Shown in pieces: positions 1 to 11,379 of a DNA stretch of 64,000 nucleotides. A program made the translations under genes and the position numbers. The first letter of the stretch is position 1. Each line of letters opens with the position of its first letter. The stretch comes from Octopus sinensis. Its lineage: Eukaryota. Location: assembly GCF_006345805.1 (NCBI RefSeq), contig NC_043003.1, positions 20,088,001 through 20,152,000 of the forward strand, in the 5' to 3' direction. A model generated the notes under the pieces. It was not told the origin of the DNA and searched no databases. It saw only the letters and a program-made list of their open reading frames with translations.

Positions 1-142
1 ATTTTACTAATTTCGGAAGTTTATTCGGCATTTTTCCTTTGTTACCGATTGAAACCGCGCTTGAGCGGTGAATTTGAAAAATTATAATATATAATAAGAC
101 ACGTGTTATTCTGTCTCTAAATTATATAGTTAGTATTTTGGC

Positions 143-217
143 GTAGCATTTGATGAGAACTTCACCTGGCAAATTATTTTATTTGCTAATTAGAGTTCGA
201 AATCTAGGTATGGCTGT
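143..217 (+). ncRNA. Degenerate hammerhead-like motif with extended stem II (probable Penelope pLTR relic)
   Basis: ttgatga core (150-156), stem II gaactt/gagttc with inner helix tggcaaat/atttgcta, GAAA (199-202), near-palindromic tctagg, then UA; stem I only partly paired. Confidence 0.45.
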
Positions 218-380
218 AAAAATGAGGTAACATTTTTATTTTTCATTCTCTTCGAAATTGCTCTTAAATTTGGTTTTGGACGTTTTGACTGATCTTTCTA
301 GCGTGTAAGGCTGCATGTTAAGGATTGCCTTTCTTGTGTGTTTAAATGTACACTTATTTATATGGAATATATATATATAC

Positions 381-540
381 GACAAGCTTCTTTCAGTTTT
401 CGCCTACCAAATACACTTACAAGACTTTGATCGGTCCGAGGCTATAGTAGACGACACTTGACCAAGGTGTCGCGCAGTGGGACTGAACCTAGACGCGTGT
501 GTTTGGGAAGCAAGCTTCTTATCACACACCCACGCCTCCG
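381..540 (-). mobile_element. SINE family A (tRNA-derived), 5' part
   Basis: Reverse complement aligns with the head of the copies at 10727 and 52511 (ttcagtcccactgcg...ctactatagcctcgg...actgaaagaagc). Confidence 0.85.
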
Positions 541-542
541 CT

Positions 543-586
<44 letters not shown>

Positions 587-1579
587 TAGGGAATAAAAAT
601 TCGGGCATAACAAAGGTTCAAATTATTCTCAATGAAGAAATATATTTTAATTTAGAGCTAGCAAGCCCCTACATCTCACCAAATAAAAAGAATTTTTATT
701 TTTATTTTAAATACCTACTGTTTTAAAACCCTTAAGTATGTGTAAAATAGGTATGTTTAAATTATATATATATAAGCGTATTTGCAGAGCTGTTACACCG
801 CCAGGTAGATTTCTTCCTGCTGTTTTATCTTTGAATTCAAATAATACCAAAGTCAACTTTGCTTTGTCATACTTCTGGAGGCGATAAAGTGCCAGTGAAG
901 TAGCGGGTTCAATCCTCTGTCTCCCTTCCTTTTTTTATTATAACCTTATTCTCCATCCCTGTCGGTTGTTTCATACCTGAGGAGGGTCGAAAGAGACTAC
1001 GTCCAACATCGTTCTCACAGAAATGAAGGAAGAGGTGCTGTCATTGATTTCCCATGTGTAAGTATTGTGTTTTGAAGGTTACTTACGACAGTAAATCAAG
1101 CCACACCAATCTAAATAAATTATCATCAATGGTAATAGATTCAATTACTGGGTAATCAATAACTGTCGTATCTGATCAATTTCACATCTCTTGACATTTT
1201 GACAAATATCGATTCAATTAGAACTGTAACGATTTCTACTTCAATATATGTCAGCAATTTTCGAGTCGTTGTAATTCACACGAAGTCAACACAGTCTCTC
1301 TGTATGTCTGTCTCTGTCTCTTTCTCTCTTTTTCTGTCTGTCTGTCCTATCTCTCACCCCTCTCTCTCTTATACACACATCTCACACAGACACATATACT
1401 CATGCACACACATATACACATATGTTTACACGTTTTGGATTACAAACGAAAAATCTGTACTCTTATGTAATAGAGAGATTTATACTTTAAACGTGCTTCT
1501 TCATAAACTTTGTGAATAACCGAACGTGTGACTCGGGGTAGCAGCGAAACGAATATTCAGTAAACATTGGTAAAATAAT

Positions 1580-1695
1580 TACCAGACTTAAGAAGATAAG
1601 TACTGAGATCGATATATCGAATAGACTGGGATACTCTTAAAGGCGGTGTCCTAGCATCACCACAACATACTGAATAGAAGAAGTAAAGATAAAAA
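1580..1695 (+). mobile_element. SINE family A 3' tail fragment
   Basis: ataagtactgagatcgat...aaaggcggtgtcctagcat...aagtaaagataaaa resembles the tails at 11030-11120 and 52830-52935. Confidence 0.55.
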
Positions 1696-1724
1696 AAAAT
1701 AAGGTGCATATATTCTTTTAATCT

Positions 1725-2103
1725 TTTATTCTTTTACTTATTTCACCGCCTTTAGTCAAACAAATCGACCCCAGGACTTATTCTTTGTAAGCCTAGTACT
1801 TATTCTATAAATCTCTTTTGCCGAACTGCTAATTTAAGGGGACGTAAACACACCAGCATCGGTTGTCAAGCGATGGTGGGGAGGGGGACAAACACAGACA
1901 CACGCACACACACACATACACACACACACACATAGACACACACACATATATATACGACGGGTTTCTTTCAGTTTCCGTCTACCAAATCCATTCGAAAAAG
2001 CTTTGGTTGGCCCGAGGCCATAGTAGGTGTCATGCATTGGGACTGAATCCGGAACCATGTGGTTGGGAAGCAAACTTCTTACCAGTCAGCCACTCCTGTG
2101 CCT
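1725..2103 (-). mobile_element. SINE family A, near full length
   Basis: Head, internal (CA)n/(TA)n tract and tail are all collinear with the other A copies. Confidence 0.9.
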
Positions 2104-2472
2104 ATATTAAGGGACATATTATTTTAAAGAACATTAACAAGAGAAACACTTTCACTTTTTGTGGTTGCACTCAAAACGGAGCGTCTATGCGTACTGTCTC
2201 TATTCTTGCTGTTGAATGTGTTATTATGTTAAATTTTCCTTTTGGAGTTTTATTTTTAATTTTGTGTAATTTTTTTACGTGTTTATTAGTATGCTGTTTT
2301 TTTACTACTTGTTTTCTATTCTTTTTTGCCATAATAGAATAAAGTAAAAAAAAAAAAAAAAGAGCGCGATGCGATTGCAATAGATGTTTTATTGGTTGAA
2401 CGATATTTCGACAGCTAACCTGTCTTTGTCAAGTTCAAAATGAAAAGTGATACACAGAAATTCATAATTATA

Positions 2473-3038
2473 TTGGGTTGTCCGGGAAGTTCATGTCGAT
2501 TTTTAAAGGAGAGAAAAAGGTCAATAAATACTTGCCATTACATTTTTAATCAACCAAATATGAACCATGTTGTTGCACAATGCATCTCCATCTTTCCTTT
2601 AACTTGAAAATACTCTCTTCCCAGAAGTGAGGTGGTTTCATGGCAAAGAATTCATCAAGGTATCTTTTTACGTCATCCAAGGAATTGAAATTTTTACCAT
2701 TAAGACTATTCTGCAGAGACCTGAATAAGTGGAAATCCGAAGGAGCAATATCTGGTGAATATTGAGGGTGGGGTAACACATCCCAGCCGAGCTGCAGCAA
2801 TTTTTGTCTGGTTCCCAAAGCATTAAGTGCTGAAAAGGAACTTTCTTATCTTCCATTTTAAAGGGTTACAAAATTAAAACCAGTTATAGGAACATAAACC
2901 TTCTTCCACGAAAAGATAACTTAAACTGTGCTCTAAATGGAGGTGTAGTCAAATTCTATTTTATGAACTCAACCATGTTCTAAAATAAGTCGAAATGTAA
3001 GCTACTATAAATCGGCACGAACTTTCCGGACAACCCAA
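2473..3038 (-). mobile_element. Internally deleted mariner transposon with ~30-bp TIRs and TA TSD
   Basis: TIRs ttgggttgtccgggaagttcatgtcgattt / aaatcggcacgaactttccggacaacccaa; flanking TA at 2471-2472 and 3039-3040. Confidence 0.93.
2546..2856 (-). pseudogene. Mariner transposase remnant (first ~12 codons joined out of frame to the last ~90 codons)
   Basis: LGWDVLPHPQYSPDIAPSDFHLFRSLQNSL carries the mariner YSPDLAPxD motif; MEDKKVPFQHLM resembles a mariner N-terminus. Confidence 0.92.
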
Positions 3039-3694
3039 TAGAAATTCAAATCCAAAATTTGAACGAGGCAACCAGCGTTTCCCACATTGATGGAATGACA
3101 TCATCAGTCTTCAATTTCCAAGTTTACAACTGGCAAAAAGAAAAAGAAACAAACAAACGAAAAACAGAAAAGAAGAAAGAAAAGGAAAAAGAATATTTAA
3201 TCAAACAGCTTTGTGCAAATATGATGAAATTCCACTGTCATTTTATTCATCCTCTAGGGCGTAATGTTAATTACTCATAAACATATATCTGTGGTATTTT
3301 GAGCAGTGAAAGTGTAGCAGATTCAGAATATTGTCTGAAAATATGCACTTTCAAGTCTTTTCAAAATTGCAGCCGTTTGATGTAAAACGTTCGACAAATC
3401 CTGTCGAATTACTGTTATTGTGACTGACGTCATATCTGCGTCTATTGAATTTTTTGTTTAATTGTTCTGTTATACAAGCAACATAAATTGTATGACTTCA
3501 TTAAACAAAAGATTCCTTTTACTCTCTGCCTTTATTTCTCTTTTTCTCTATCACATGACTTTGTAAATGATCAACCTGGTGTGTTTAATTTTAATGACCT
3601 ACCAATGTATACAGTGCGTTTCTCTGCCCTAAGTGTAAGAAAGCAACTCGGCAAGAGATGGAAAGAAGATAATAATGAAAATTATAATAATAAT

Positions 3695-4206
3695 ACAGTA
3701 CCAGGCAGTGGCACTCATGGCTTCTGATCTTAACTGATTGGAAGTGTTATCACGTAAATTATTTTGTCTTGGTATAAAAGATGGGCTACAGCAAATATTC
3801 TGCTCAATAACACATATTTGCTTGTCAGTTGTTTGACCATAACCAGTTGAGCATGCCCTTTGGTGGCACGCGGTATGTACATCTCTGATTACGAGCAGAA
3901 GTAGTGAGGGAGCAAAGCTAGCCGTGTTGAGTGGAATTCTTGGGGGTTTGAATAATTCACCTTTGGAAACATGGGTGTTTCGTTCAACATCCTCAAACAA
4001 CCCCTATTCAAGGACCCTTTGAGCGGAATGTGCTACTCGACCTGAAGAAAATTCTATCTAGGCTCCACCTGTTTATGTCGCGCACATATGTTTGTGATGC
4101 ACGTATCTGGAGTACCCTTATCAGATGGGTAGTTATGATAAGTATACTGGGCTTCGTATATTTTACTCCAGTGTCACTTTGATGGTATGCACTGCTCTCT
4201 AAGTCA
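3695..4206 (+). mobile_element. Family E: ~500-bp non-coding interspersed repeat embedded in (AAT)n, copy 1
   Basis: Highly similar to 4551-5037 (cagtaccaggcag...gctctctcactcaataat); both ends run into (AAT)n. Confidence 0.85.
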
Positions 4207-4301
4207 ATAATAATAATAATAATAATAATAATATTAATAATAATAATAATAATAATAATAATGGTAATAATAATAATGATGATGATGATGATGATGATGA
4301 T

Positions 4302-4478
4302 AGGAATCAATAGGGGCAGCAATAAGGATGGAGCACTTTCAGAAAGCAGCATTGCTTGGAACCGCTCGAATACTCCGGATGGTGCTCGAAAAGTAAAGTG
4401 TTACTTTAGTTCACTGGTAGTGACCAGCTGACACTGTAATACATCTCCAGCGCTAGAAGCTGTACAAAGGAAAGAAAA
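4302..4478 (+). mobile_element. 5'-truncated 3' end of an R4/Dong-like REL non-LTR retrotransposon
   Basis: 4304-4396 translates ESIGAAIRMEHFQKAALLGTARILRMVLEK*, the typical R4/Dong C-terminus, followed by a short UTR and (AAT)n. Confidence 0.8.
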
Positions 4479-4510
4479 TAACGATAATAATGATAATGAT
4501 GATGATAATA

Positions 4511-4550
<40 letters not shown>

Positions 4551-4555
<5 letters not shown>

Positions 4556-5037
4556 GCCCTGATGCAGTACCAGGCAGAGGCCCTCATGGCTTCTGATCTT
4601 AACTGATTGGAAGTGTTATCATGTACATTGTTTTGTCTTGGTATAAAAGATGGGCTACAGCAAATATTCTGCTCAATAGCACAGATTTGCTTGTCAGTTG
4701 TTTGACCTTAACCAGTTGAGCATGTCCCTTAGTGGCTGACGATATGTGCATCTCTGATCACGAGCAGAAGCAGTGGGGGAGCATCATAGCCATGTGTTGA
4801 GAGGAATTCTTTGGGGTTTGAATAATTCACCTCTGGAAACATGGCTGTTTCGTTTAACATCCTTAAACAATCCTTATTCAGGGACCTTTTGAGCAGGATG
4901 GGCTACTCGACCTGAAGAAAATTCTAACTGGGCCCCACCTGCAAGGTCATGTGCTGTTTATCTTGATATGAGATCACCATGTTGCGCACATATGTTTGTG
5001 ATGCATGTGCCTGGGCATGCAATGCTCTCTCACTCAA
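4551..5037 (+). mobile_element. Family E repeat, copy 2
   Basis: Aligns with copy 1 with different internal deletions; flanked by (AAT)n. Confidence 0.85.
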
Positions 5038-5125
5038 TAATAATAATGATAATAATAATAAATGATGATGATGATAATAATTCCAGTTCACGTTATTCGA
5101 ATTGAAACTCGTTTGCTTATAAATA

Positions 5126-5154
5126 TTTCTGTTTTCTTTCTTTTTAGGTGAGTA
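5126..5154 (+). promoter_or_regulatory. Candidate recursive splice site (3' acceptor fused to 5' donor)
   Basis: tttctgttttctttctttttag|gtgagta: ~20-nt pyrimidine tract plus AG directly followed by consensus GTGAGT. Confidence 0.4.
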
Positions 5155-5642
5155 TAGAAGCTTTGAATCAATTTCACTGGAGTTATTCTTTATATTATCT
5201 TCATGGACAGAAGTGTGAGTAAAAAAAGTTATCTCTCATAATTGTCATTGTGTGTGTGTGTGTGTTTGTGTTATGTGTAAATGTAGTTTCGACATTCATT
5301 GTTCCTAACAACATATGAGGGAAGATAAGCAAAAGCTAGTCGATAAAATCTTTTGCATTTGAGGCATAGTTGCGAAACACTCCAGCATATACCCACTCAC
5401 AAATTCATGCATTCACATGCACGCGCACAAGCAAGCACAAGCACAAACCCGTGTATATGGCTGTATACATGTCTTTTGGTCTTTAGGCAGGATATTTGTC
5501 GTACTGTCATTTATATTATTATATTATATTTTATTTTGCAAGATAATTGATGTGAAAAAAATATGTGTTGAAACAGACGTTGCATCTTTGGCGGGTCATT
5601 TTGCCAACAAGAAACACAAGCACTGATTATATTCCACTTCCT

Positions 5643-5670
5643 TTTATTATTATTATTATTATTATTATTA

Positions 5671-5759
<89 letters not shown>

Positions 5760-5886
5760 GTCATTATCATTATTATCATTATTATCATTATTATTGAGTG
5801 AGAGAGCAGTTCATGCCATTATTATTATTATTATTATATTATTATTATTATTATTTATTATTATTATTATTTATTATTATTATTAT
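5643..5886. repeat. (ATT)n microsatellite containing a short family E terminal fragment (5796-5818, minus)
   Basis: Direct reading; tgagtgagagagcagttcatgccat is the reverse complement of the family E 3' end. Confidence 0.9.
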
Positions 5887-6660
5887 GAAAGCCTCTCGAA
5901 TAGTTCTTAATTACCAGTTATTCTTTACTTGAAAGCAAGCAATAACAAATCACCAAAATGTTTCAAGTAGTGCCTTCTCCTGTGACTCAAAGAGACAATA
6001 CTCTCTTTAGAATGCTAGCTGTACCTAACAATGCTGCCTTCTGGACCACATCGAGCTTGACAGCAGCTCCAATATTCTTACAATTCTTTAACCGCTCCTA
6101 ATGCTCCAATTACCACCGGTATCACCATTATTTTCCTCATGCTCCATAACTTTTCTATCTCGTCCCGCAGTGGCTGGTGTTTCTCAATCTTTTCTATTCC
6201 CTTACATTTCACCCTCGAATCACCAGGGATTGTAACATCTATTATCTTTACTTCTTTATCATCTTTATGGATGAGCACAATATCTAGTCGGCTCGCCTCT
6301 ATGACTTAGTCACAGTGCATGTTAAAATCCCAAAGTATGGTTGCCTCCTCATTTTTTGTGACCTCTTCTGGCGTGTGCCTATACCATCTTTTTTCTGTTG
6401 CTATTCCAGAGTGTTGGCATAGCTTCCTGTGTATATAGGTCCCACGTCTATTGTGTCTGTGAATATATTTCTTCTTAACCAGGACTGGGCAGCCAGAGGC
6501 AATATGATTTATTGTTTCTTCTTTTCATTTTGTGTTTTTGGTGATTTCTGGTGGGAAGGCTTTGATCTTGGGCTGCAAATAAAAATCCTCCAGTCTCTTC
6601 TTTGGGTATTGATATTCTCAGCCATTGCTGGGGTTTTCTTTGTCTCTTTCTTAATACTTT
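5887..6660 (-). mobile_element. 5'-truncated R4/Dong-like retrotransposon (zinc-knuckle remnant plus restriction-like endonuclease)
   Basis: Minus frames give ETGGFLFAAQDQSLPTRN, HIASGCPVL..KYIHRHN, ILWDF, IIDVTIPGD, VIPVVIGALG, QKAALLGTASILKRVLSL*; both ends lie in (TTA)n; stops and frameshifts present. Confidence 0.9.
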
Positions 6661-6670
6661 ATTATTATGA

Positions 6671-6760
6671 CTCTTCTTCTTCTTCTTCTTCTTCTTCTTC
6701 TTCTTCTTCTTCTTCTTCTTCTTCTTCTTCTTCTTCTTCTTCTTCTTCTTCTTCTTCTTC
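6671..6760. repeat. (TTC)n microsatellite
   Basis: Direct reading. Confidence 0.98.
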
Positions 6761-7069
6761 AATTAGCTAATAAATTAACGGATTAACTCATCGATTGCAT
6801 GATTAATCTTTCGATAAATCGATCAGTCAGTGAATTAGAGTTTGTCAGGGTACTTTCGTCCCTACTTGTGATCTTCTCAATGACATGCTCTCGTCATGTC
6901 AAGCTTTTGTTTCACTAACAAAAAGCTTTTCAATCTGTAACATTGTTGAGATCAAGAATAGTCGCAAGAAAGCTCTGACAAAGCAACTGGTTGATGGAAA
7001 TAATCGAACGATTAATCAAAAATTCGCTAAGTTAGTCCAATAATTGATTAACTGCTTAACTATTAATAA

Positions 7070-7236
7070 CGGTTTCACATTTTGGCACAAAGACAGCAAT
7101 TTTTGGTGTTCGGGTCAGTCAATTACACCAACCGGTGTTCAGCTGGTACTTATTTTATAGACTCCGAAAGGATGAAAGGAAAAATCGACCTCGTACGAAA
7201 TGTCGCTAAGCAGTTTATCCGGCGTTAGCTTGCCGC
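7070..7236 (-). mobile_element. SINE family B, degenerate
   Basis: ctggtacttattttatagactccgaaaggatgaaaggaaaaatcgacctcg matches the reverse-complemented B core. Confidence 0.75.
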
Positions 7237-7467
7237 TGTATAGTCGACTATACTATTAATAATAGAAAGAAGTGAAATAGAAATAGAACCAGTGCGCGTG
7301 TTTCGTCTTGGAAAAAATGATCCCACTCTGTTACAATAATCTCTGTTTCACTACAAATCTGAACATCAAAAGAATCAGCTTGCAAATCGAATATAAAAGT
7401 GATATATATATATATATATATATATATAGATATATATATATATATATAATATATATATATATATATA

Positions 7468-7509
<42 letters not shown>

Positions 7510-7598
7510 TGAGAGATTCAGTTGAATATGGTACTTAAGTTAAAGGCACCAGAATTTAGTATGGCATTATCCATGCAATTCAAAATGGGGTGATTACA

Positions 7599-7725
7599 AT
7601 CAAAATAAGCAACAAGGATATCCAGATGTAAATTGATGTAATATTTGCACATTCTTCAATTAAATGGAGTCGCACGAAACGATCGTACTACATTACCTCT
7701 GGATATCCTTGTTACTTATTTTGAT
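7599..7725. repeat. 33-bp inverted repeat enclosing half a hammerhead (GAAA-cgatcg-UA); probable Penelope inverted pLTR
   Basis: atcaaaataagcaacaaggatatccagatgtaa / ttacctctggatatccttgttacttattttgat; gaaacgatcgta at 7676-7687. Confidence 0.65.
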
Positions 7726-8079
7726 ATATATATATATGTATGTATATATGTGTGTGTATATGTATACATATTATAGTTGGTTTCATAAAAATATTTTATA
7801 AACTATCGAGAGAACGTGAAATAAATCTTTTTAGAATAGTATATCTCCAAGTACACACATGAAGCTGTAAATATCAGCATGCAAATATTTGGTTGAAAAA
7901 TGCTTTTAGATAGAAAATGCTGAAGGCAGCATTTTGATGCAAAATATCGAAAGGCAGCCATCGACCTTTTCCATCCAAAAGAACACGCTAGTGTAAAACG
8001 TATTCAATGAAAACTAGCGTAAAAATATGTTAGCCTAAATTATGCGGTGAGGAAAAATATCAATGAAAATCAAAAATAT

Positions 8080-8251
8080 TGGTTTCAAATTATGGCATAA
8101 GCCCAACAAACTCAGAGGAATTAGTAAGCAGATTACATAGATCCCAATGCTCAACTGGTACTTGTTTTATCGATCCTAAAGGACGAATGGCAAAGTCAAC
8201 CTCACTGGAATTTGAACTCAGGTGAACACGGAGGAAATGCCGCTAAGCATT
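8080..8251 (-). mobile_element. SINE family B
   Basis: caactggtacttgttttatcgatcctaaaggacgaatggcaaagtcaacctcactggaatttgaactcag...gaaatgccgctaagca. Confidence 0.8.
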
Positions 8252-8304
8252 GAAGGTTTCCATGAAAGTCTAGAAATACTTTTTACGTCATTAGATTATT
8301 TCTT

Positions 8305-8611
8305 TTCAAACGAACATTGGAGACAACTCAAGGAAGGTAAAAGCTCATCGATTCTGTACCAACACGCCGAACAGGAACACGGGGGATCAATCAATAACAT
8401 AGAAATTAAAATATTGTCCACACATAGAACAGATGCAACAATTAGACAAATTACAGAAGCTACACACATAATAGAAAATAAACCTAGCCTGAATAGAAAA
8501 CTAGAATGGAGCACTAACACACACCACAACATATGACGATAGAGGATCCTGAAAACATAATAAACACACAGATAAATAAACTAATAGAAATAAATAAATA
8601 TGTATATGTGC

Positions 8612-8701
<90 letters not shown>

Positions 8702-9170
8702 TTTTATAAAAAATTTTTTTTTTTAATATTTTTTTTTTCGATTCGATTTATTATTATTATTACTAGTATTGTTGTTATACATACATACATACATACAAGC
8801 ATATGTAATGATAATAATAAGTGGATGTAAACACATGAACAAAATAAGAATAAACAAACACAACAAAAACAAAATACAAATTACATGAACATATATAAAC
8901 AGCAGATACAAATATTACAGGCATCCCCCCCATATACATACACTAAATAAACATAGACGCACATAGAGATATAAGCATGCGCAAATGAAGACATACAATA
9001 GAAATACAAAATGGCTGACGGTTAGTAAGGAGAGACACAAATAAGAAAGAAGAAAACAAAGGACCACTGATGCGGTCACAGGAGTGTGACGAAAGAACTC
9101 TGGCCGAAATAAGATTAAGATTAATGTAAAAAATAAATAACACTGAAGCAAAATAACACCAAATATATAG
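8305..9170 (+). mobile_element. Penelope-like element 3' remnant: GIY-YIG endonuclease C-terminus plus pLTR with hammerhead
   Basis: EHWRQLKEGKSSSILYQHAEQEH...IKILS...RQITEATHIIENKPSLNRKLEW fits the C-half of PLE GIY-YIG domains; hammerhead motif downstream on the same strand. Confidence 0.75.
9061..9105 (+). ncRNA. Minimal hammerhead ribozyme motif (A9 mutated)
   Basis: cca-CUGAUGc-g-GUCACA-ggag-UGUGAC-GAAA-gaac-UC-ugg; perfect 6-bp stem II. Confidence 0.7.
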
Positions 9171-9320
9171 TGCGTGTGTTTTTATTGGCTAAACTGGCAA
9201 TATGACCATTCCGAAATATAACAATATATATATAACATATATATATATATATATATATGTATTATACGTGTACTTTATGATTCTCCTGTCACATCTTTGG
9301 CAATTAAAAGGAAGGTTATG

Positions 9321-9384
9321 CTTCACTGATGAAGTCGATATATGTACAGTGCTTTCTCCTGTGATTCCTGAAAACGTATAAAGG
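9321..9384 (+). ncRNA. Degenerate hammerhead-like motif
   Basis: cttca-CUGAUGA...GAAA-acg-UA-uaaag; stem II poorly paired. Confidence 0.35.
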
Positions 9385-10220
9385 AATAGTATTAATTGAT
9401 ATTGTGTTATTTCCTCACCGCGTAATTATTTTAAGTTCTATTCTAAATACTTACTGTATTAAATATATCAGCACAAATATAGCCATTCTAAAACTAGAAG
9501 CTAATGGGCAATGATTATTCAGAAAATACTCCAAAAATAATGTCTAGAGAAATCCTATAAAGACTAAAAACCATGATTTCCAATATACTTTTATTTCTCA
9601 GGAAAAAGAAAAAAGAAAAAAATCCCATCAAAATAGGAATTTAGATTTTTATATATATTTTTTATCCGTTCTTATTTTCGTTTACTCAATTCCCTTTTGC
9701 TCTTCATTTCTTTCCTCTCTTTACTGCGTTTTTCTATTACTGGTTTTCTTACCCCTTTCACGTATCTTTATTATTAAATTTGTTTCAATTTTCGTATCCC
9801 AAATTCCATCAAATCTTTAAATATTACTTTTTCCTTTAAGGCCAAACTGGAATTATAAGTAAGCCACTTGACAGTCATGTCTTAAGGCAGGATATTTAAC
9901 GTGCTGTCATTTTTATTCGAGAGTAATTTTTCATATAGTTTAGGAAGATGAATTCTACAGTAAGGAGCTTTTATTTCGATTTAAAAATCTCATCATTGCA
10001 CAATCAAATTTAGAGAAAATGTTTCAGACACCATCCGCATGAAAAACAGCATGTAATAGTGTTAACATATTCAATGCAAGGGAGCATTTAAAATATCTAA
10101 CTATAAATAATTATGAGATGAGGAAAAGCGTTTATAATCAATGTATAAAATCTTGTATATATATATATATATTTTTTGGGACACTCCCATAACTTTTGCT
10201 GCAAGCAAAATGAAGGTTAT

Positions 10221-10263
10221 CTTTCATTGATGAGATCATAATGTGACCGATATATGTCTAGAG
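10221..10263 (+). ncRNA. Degenerate minimal hammerhead relic
   Basis: uUGAUGA-gaucau-aau-gugacc-GAuA-uaug-UC; spacing exact, two core substitutions. Confidence 0.4.
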
Positions 10264-10302
10264 TCGTCTACCGTACTTGCTGGAGGAATATATAAGGAAT
10301 AT

Positions 10303-10516
10303 TAGTTTCAAATTCTGTCACAAGGCCAGAAATTCAAGAACTGGGGCTAAATCGGTTACATCGACTCCAGTGATGAACTAATACTTATTTTATGGACCCC
10401 AAAAGGATGAAAGGCAAAGTCGACCTCGCAGCATTTGAACTCAGAACCTAAGCTCACAAGAAATATCGCTAAGCATTTTTCCCGACACAGTAACGATACT
10501 GTCAGCGCGCCGCCTT
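10303..10516 (-). mobile_element. SINE family B
   Basis: ggatgaaaggcaaagtcgacctcg...tttgaactcagaac...gccgcctt. Confidence 0.85.
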
Positions 10517-10726
10517 GGAATAAAGAATATTGATAAGTGATTATCATTTCCTGCGTACATATTTATGTTTTGCTAAATTTTTAATGCCTTTGGAATTAAA
10601 CATAACTAACGCTTAATGAACCTTCTTTATATTTGTCTCATTTACCTGTCCCAAAGGATTAGTTGATATGACCTTATGGATAGATATACTTAGTGAACTG
10701 CAAACTGGTTTTAAACAAAAGTTATC

Positions 10727-11120
10727 GGAGTGGTTGTGTGGTAAGTAGCTTGCTTACCAACCATATGGTTCTGAGTTCAGTCCCACTGCGTGGCACCTTG
10801 AGCATGTGTCTTCTACTATAGCCTCGGGCCGACCAAATCCTTGTGAGTGGATTTGGTAGATGGAAACTGAAAGAAGCCCGTCGTATATATGCACACACAC
10901 ACATATATATATATATGTGTGTGTGTGTGTGTATGTTTGTGTGTCTGTGCTTGTCCCCCAACATCGCTTGACAACCGATGCTGGTGTGTTTACCTCCCCG
11001 TAACTTAGTGGTTCGGCAAAAGAGACCGATAGAATAAGTACTATGCTTACAAAGAATTTGCTCGACTAAAGGCGGTGCTTCAGCATGGCCGCAGTCAAAT
11101 GACTGAAACAAGTAAAAGAG
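10727..11120 (+). mobile_element. SINE family A, near full length
   Basis: tRNA-like head (gtggttgtgtgg...gttcagtccc), gcaccttgagcatgtgtcttc segment resembling the CORE domain, internal (TA)(TG)n, tail ...gactgaaacaagtaaaagag. Confidence 0.92.
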
Positions 11121-11379
11121 TAGAGAGTATCCTTAAATGAGACTCTTTTCTTTGAACTTTGGCCTCTCTTATATCTCTGACATTAGGCAACATTAAATCT
11201 AACCAAATCACCAATTACTTGTGAAAGGGTCACATTCTAGAACATAAATTATTGTTCTGTAGAACACCTGTTCATACTTCCCTGAAAATATGCAACATAT
11301 ATATTGGTAATGAGAGCAGCAGCATCGGTATTGTAATGGAATATCTGAGTAGTCACAAGAAAAACAAGGCATAAATCTA

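Noticed and set aside
975-1030. ctgagga...gaaa motif
   Set aside because: No convincing stems; expected by chance
2546-2818. SETMAR-like domesticated gene
   Set aside because: It lies inside TIRs with a TA TSD, most of the transposase is deleted, and there is no SET domain
3068-3112. Minus-strand CUGAUGA...GAAA hammerhead candidate
   Set aside because: No stem I pairing, and G at the cleavage position
3425-3432. Perfect CRE site TGACGTCA
   Set aside because: A single 8-mer in 64 kb is near chance expectation
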